Source: Eledone cirrhosa (Eukaryota). From it: a stretch of 64,000 nucleotides of DNA. This document shows, piece by piece, positions 58,200 through 64,000 of the stretch. Under the pieces are notes generated by a model. That model was not told the origin of the DNA. It worked only from the letters and a program-made list of their open reading frames with translations, and made no database searches. Where the stretch lies: positions 8,060,001 through 8,124,000 of the forward strand of contig OZ024749.1 in the NCBI GenBank assembly GCA_964016885.1, in the 5' to 3' direction. The stretch's first letter is position 1; each line of letters starts with the position of its first letter. Made by a program: the position numbers and the translations under genes.

Positions 58200-61100
58200 G
58201 AGATTTGTTATAATAATAATCAAAAGACAGTTACTTTAGTCCATTCCTATTTATTTTATTATACGTATTTCGAAGATCTATGGCTTATATATAACGTAAG
58301 GCAAGACATGATCTCATCAGATCAAATCTACAGGAGATGTAGATATCATTTGATATGCAGGTGGTCAGACGAGATATTCAATTCGGTTGCCGGCAACATA
58401 TGCCTGGAAAAAAAACTGACCAGAAGATATTATATGAGTGGGAAAAATATTACAGTTGGTCTTGGCGTTATTGACCTGGCTAAAGTATGAGGTTACCAGA
58501 TTGGTCAAATAGATCAAAAGAAAACAAGTATGGACCGTTAGTCTATTTAATTTATCACTTAGGTTAGATTGAATTAGATACTAAATCAAAATTATAGAAA
58601 TTTAAAAAGTAACTATATAATAAAGAAAAATTCTAAATTATTATTTCGTAGTCAATTTATCATTGTTTATATTTACAATTGTATTTTAGTAGATATTATA
58701 TGTTTGGAAAAATATTTAACAGTTGGCGTTGCTATTTTTAAGGACTGGTTAGGTTATCATGTTACCGGATTAAACAATTAGTTGAAAGGAAAAGAGGTAT
58801 GTATTGTAGTCTATTTTATCATTTTATGTTGGAATTAATTCCCTTAGATACTATTTAAAATTTAAAGATAGATGTTAAAGTTATAATGAAGAAATATTAT
58901 ATTACTCAGTTCATAGTCTATTTAGCATTATTTACATTTTAACAACAAATTAGCTTGAAACTATACATAAAGAAATGTTGTATTATTTATTTCATAGTAT
59001 ATTTAGCTTTATTTAAAATTTAACTAAATGCCCTATGAAACGACAAGAGCTAAAGATTACAGAGCGTTTATTTATAATTAATTGTCTATTTTCTATGATG
59101 TGGAGAATCTCTGTGGTACAGAGGTCAGATCCCTTTAGATATAGATGCATTTTCATAAGGAAAAGCATGGGAAACTTCCTGCCAAGAAAGTGAATATTCA
59201 ATATTATTATTTTTAAGCGGCCAAATTAATTCTGAGAAGGCCGTACTAAATCTTTTATCTTTTGTTTTAAACGAATGGCGATGGTTATACCACCTTTCTT
59301 TAAATTTAGAAGTTGCACCAATAAAACTATAAGACTTATTATTCTTTTTAACTATGCATTCATAAACTAAATTCCGATCAAGACAGTTAATATTTAGTGG
59401 ACAAAAATTGTGGTTTTTACAATTACAATTATTTCCGTTACTATTCAAAGTTCCCTCTCTGTGTCCGTATGTCCGTAGGTTTCTCTCAACTATGTTAATG
59501 GAATTATCACTACTATACGAGATGTTGTTTATTCTATTAGTGATTTTATGTTTACTATTGAGTTATTTCCCTAGGTTTTATTCCCAGATTTCTATCGTTA
59601 ATTTTTAGCTATATTTTCAGTAGTCGAGTAGGAATGTTTAATGTGTGTCGGTCAAAGATTTTACTGTATTTATGTGACCCAGGAAAACATTTATCAAGTG
59701 TGTTAAAGAAAAGACTAGCTAAGTTCTTAATTCCGATGAATATTGGTGGATTATACCACAGAACGGAGCGGGATCGAACCCTCTTATGTAACTTATTGGT
59801 TGTATAGAAGTTATATCCATTCGAAATTTGATTTGTCCTGACTCTATTGTTTTGTCCTCGGATACATACATTATTGCAACTGTCGTCAACTATGTGTCTG
59901 TTAATATCGATTGTTTGTTTGTTTCTATGCGGGGGTTGGGGTGTAATTATCTTTATCTATATCCATGTATTCAATTTCGTCCTGGTAACCTGCTCTAGTT
60001 AATGCATTATTATAGTATCTAACCTTGATATTAAATATTTCCTTATTAGCTGAGAGTCTAAAGATTCTCTGCTCTACACTATTAACTCTGACCTTCTTAA
60101 CGTTTCTAGAGTGGTTTGAGTGGTAGCTAACATAATTGAGATTTTCATTTAATTTACGGTTTGTGTAGTAAAGGCCAGAATTACGGATTAACGTTATGTC
60201 TCAGAAGTTAACTATTCTATTATTATTTTCAAATTCAAGCTTAAGGCCGTATTTATTGAAACATCAATTCTTAGTTTCTTTTTCCTATTTAGGACGCTAT
60301 TATTATGGTTAATTAACGTGAAAAGAGCATCAACGTGGTACAAACATCCGCCATGTTCAGTTATCCTGTTAATCAGGTTGAGGATAAAACTTCCTACGAG
60401 CTGAGTCTGTAGATCCCATGGTGATGTCAACATTTCCAGGTCAGTCGGCTATGGTCCATAATTCACCGCTGAAATCAATTATCGCCTTCCCAGCCGTAAG
60501 AATTATATTAACTTCCTACCTCAGTATATTTCACTGCATCAGCTAAGGCTCTATTTAGTAGTGTTGGTGAAATAGAAGAGTAGTGGCTAGTTATGATCGT
60601 TTGTATAAATTTAATCCTGTTCATATTTTAAAGTTCAGTGAACCAATCAAAAACCTCATTGGTTCAATGCCATAGTTTAAGTTGGGATCGCAGATTAAAT
60701 GTTGGTATAATTCTGTCTAAAATATTCTTACTTATAATTCCTAAATCAGATTTAGATGGTGCTGTAAGTCTAACCAGTAGCTCAGATTCAAAGTTATTTT
60801 TATGATCCGTTATATTTATTCTCACTGTTTTAGTTATGAAATGTTCGGTCCGAGGTTCAATCCCAAGTTTGGTAACAATTTCATTTTCTTCTTTATGGAT
60901 TCAAGGTTTTCATAAGATGTTTTACAGTAGTTTTTTCTAAGTTCTCTGGTTATTAGTTTATTACATTCAACTTTAGGGTTCATCAGACATTTTTTGGTTT
61001 TGGGAGTTCATTAATTTTGTTCCTTATGTGTTTTAAATACTCATGACCTCTGTATGGGTATTTCTTAAATGTAATCCGTTGAATAATATTGGCTAATTCA

Positions 61101-61515
61101 TTTTCAAACTCCGCTAGATATCTAATAGTATCTAATATTATCTAATTTAATCTAGCATAAGTGATAAATTAAATAGACTAACGGCCCATACTTGTTTAAA
61201 TAGACTAACGGTTCATACCTGTTTTCTTTTGATTTATTTGACCAATCCCGTAACCTCATAGTTTAGTCAATTCAAAAACGCCAACACCAACTGTAATATT
61301 TTATCCCACTCATATAATATTTTCTGGGTCAGGATTTTTTCCAGCCATATATTTGTCGACCCCCGAACTGACTAGCTCGTCTGGACGCCTGCATATCAAA
61401 TGATTTCTACATCTCCTGTGGATTTTATCTGAAGAGAAGATGTTTTGACTTACGTTATACGAAATACGTATAATAAAATAAATGGGGATGGACTGAAGTA
61501 ACTGTCTTTTGTTTA
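58200..61515 (-). mobile_element. Near full-length decayed Penelope-like element (Naiad-like) with inverted pLTRs
   Basis: RLTAPSKSDLGIISKNILDRI, DITMGSTDSA, CNCKNHNFCPLNINC, LVYEC..FIGAT..ERWYNH; ~58200-58590 is inverted at ~61130-61515; HHRs at 58253-58327 (minus) and 61422-61479 (plus). Confidence 0.88.
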
Positions 61516-61517
61516 TT

Positions 61518-61700
61518 GATTGGCAGTATCGGTAGAGAGTCGGACGCCATGCTTTCCAGCATAGTTACGTCCCTTTACGGTTTGAGTTCAAATCCCGCCG
61601 AGGTTCACTTTGCGTTTCATCCTTACGGAGTCGATAAAATAAAGTACCAGTAATGCACTGGGTAATTGCTGGCCTTGTGCAAAAAAAGTAGAAACAATTA
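61518..61700 (+). mobile_element. SINE family 1
   Basis: Near full length. Confidence 0.85.
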
Positions 61701-61760
61701 TATATATATATATATTGCATAGCGAACCATGTCAAACTTCTTGAAATATATATTTCTTTT

Positions 61761-61980
61761 TAGGAACGATCGGCTTTCGTCAAATCGGACCGAGGAAAAA
61801 AATGTTTCCATCGGTCTCTCCAGTTGCTAATACTATCTTTCGGTCGCAACTCCAGGTAGAAGGAGCAACGTGAAATAAAGTGTCTTGCTCAAGGAGATAA
61901 CGCATCGCCCGGTCCGAGAATCGAACTCACAACCTCACGATTTAGAATCTAATTCTCTAACCTCGGATCCACACGCCTTC
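61761..61980 (-). mobile_element. SINE family 2
   Basis: Reverse complement of 17631-17820. Confidence 0.8.
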
Positions 61981-61989
61981 ACAAAAGCA

Positions 61990-62893
61990 TTATATATATA
62001 TATTTATATATATTTATATATATATATATATGCATACATATATATATGTATATATATATGCATATACACATATATACATACATACATATATATATGTATG
62101 TATATATATATGCATATACACATATATACATACATATATATATATATGTATATATATACGCATATACACATATATACATACATACATATATGTATGTATA
62201 TATATATGCATATACACATATATACATACATACATATATGTATATATATATATATGCATATACACATATATACATACATACATATATATATGTATATATA
62301 TATGCATATACACATATATACATACATACATATATATATATGTATATATATGCATATACACATATATACATACATACATATATATATATGTATATATAAA
62401 TGCATATACACATATATATATATACATACATATATATATATGTATATATATATGCATATACACATATATACATACATACATACATGTATATATATATGCA
62501 TATACACATATATACATAAATTCATACATACATGTATATATATATGCATATACACATATATACATACATTCATACATACATGTATATATATATGCATATA
62601 CACATATATACATACATACATACATACATACATACATACATACATACATGTATATATATATGCATATACACATACACACATACATATATATATACATACA
62701 TATATATATATATATGCATATACACATATATATATATACATATACACATATACATACATATATATATATATATGCATATACACATATACATACATATATA
62801 TATATGCATATACACATACATACATATATATATATACATACATATATACATACATACATACATATATACATACATACATACATATATACATAC

Positions 62894-62924
<31 letters not shown>

Positions 62925-62985
62925 TGTATGTATGTATGTATGTATGTATGTATGTATGTATGTATGTATGTATGTATATATGAAT
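61990..62985. repeat. Compound minisatellite (ATGCATATACACATATATACATACATAC..) and (TATG)n
   Basis: Direct inspection. Confidence 0.9.
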
Positions 62986-63054
62986 ATATATGTCCTAAGG
63001 TTCTGATACCATCAACACTATAAACACAGAGCTGGCATATCTGAGAACTGACTA

Positions 63055-63110
63055 ACTGCCTGATGAGGTCATAGCCATTCAATGGCTATCATCGAAATAT
63101 ATATAGCAGT
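63055..63110 (+). ncRNA. Minimal type I HHR, family F
   Basis: ACTGC-CTGATGA-GGTCATAGCCATTCAATGGCTATCATC-GAAA-TATATA-TA-GCAGT. Confidence 0.88.
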
Positions 63111-63151
63111 AAATAAAGGATTATGAGTTCATGCAATTGACTTATGTTTCG

Positions 63152-63186
<35 letters not shown>

Positions 63187-63187
63187 G

Positions 63188-63257
63188 CCTCGTCCGACGA
63201 ACGAATGAAGACGTTTCTTTCGTATTCGCCTTATTCGGGAAACCTCTGGTAATGAGG
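63188..63257 (+). ncRNA. HHR with one core substitution
   Basis: CCTCGT-CCGACGA-ACGAAT...ATTCGG-GAAA-CCTCTGG-TA-ATGAGG. Confidence 0.6.
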
Positions 63258-63364
63258 TAATTATATTGTATTGTTGTTTTTTATACATTAAATTTTGCTC
63301 TGGTACTTACATAGATCACTCTTCACTCCTATGACTTTTTCTGTTTTCGACGGAAACTTCAATA

Positions 63365-63440
<76 letters not shown>

Positions 63441-63469
63441 AAAAGTATCATATACATGTTTTATAACAT

Positions 63470-63966
63470 ATATATTTTATCATATACCTGTCTTGTAACA
63501 TATATATTTTATCATATAACTGTTTTGTAACATATATATCTTATCATATATCTGTTTTATAACATATATATCTTATCATATATCTGTTTTATAACATATA
63601 TATCTTATCATATATCTGTTTTATAACATATATATCTTATCATATATCTGTTTTATAACATATATATCTTATATATTTGTTTTATAACATATATATCTTA
63701 TCATATATCTGTTTTATAACATATATATCTTATATATCTGTTTTATAACATATATATCTTATATATTTGTTTTATAACATATATATCTTATCATATATCT
63801 GTTTTATAACATATATATCTTATCATATATCTGTTTTATAACATATATATCTTATATATTTGTTTTATAACATATATATCTTATCATATATCTGTTTTAT
63901 AACATATATATCTTATCATATATCTGTTTTATAACATATATATCTTATCATATATCTGTTTTATAA
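63470..63966. repeat. 32/29-bp minisatellite
   Basis: GTTTTATAACATATATATCTTATCATATATCT and a shorter variant. Confidence 0.9.
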
Positions 63967-64000
63967 TATGTAAATGTCACCATACATGGGTTGTAGATCC

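Overview
Eukaryotic, very AT-rich, repeat-saturated genomic DNA with no convincing host protein-coding gene. The long ORFs in the track are microsatellite or satellite artefacts. The dispersed tRNA-derived SINE resembles octopod cephalopod SINEs as I recall them, so the host assignment is inference. Contents: long (TA)n/(CA)n/(AAT)n tracts; four decayed Penelope-like retroelements (PLEs; RT and GIY-YIG remnants); two non-autonomous Helitrons; a mariner deletion derivative; an L1/Tx1-like 3' fragment; two SINE families; an 18.7-kb 10/20-bp CpG-periodic satellite (36.7-55.4 kb). The dominant hidden signal is about 30 type I hammerhead ribozyme (HHR) motifs with intact cores, plus several decayed ones, in the roughly 45 kb outside the satellite. 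They are carried by many families of (TA)n-embedded fold-back elements with family-specific fixed ends. The top candidate system is a retrozyme-like array of apparently identical 424-bp HHR monomers (32.0-35.8 kb) with an inverted arm. A second ~560-bp HHR array (15.5-16.9 kb) has the same design. All RNA folds were read by eye and not computed; coordinates of decayed elements are approximate.
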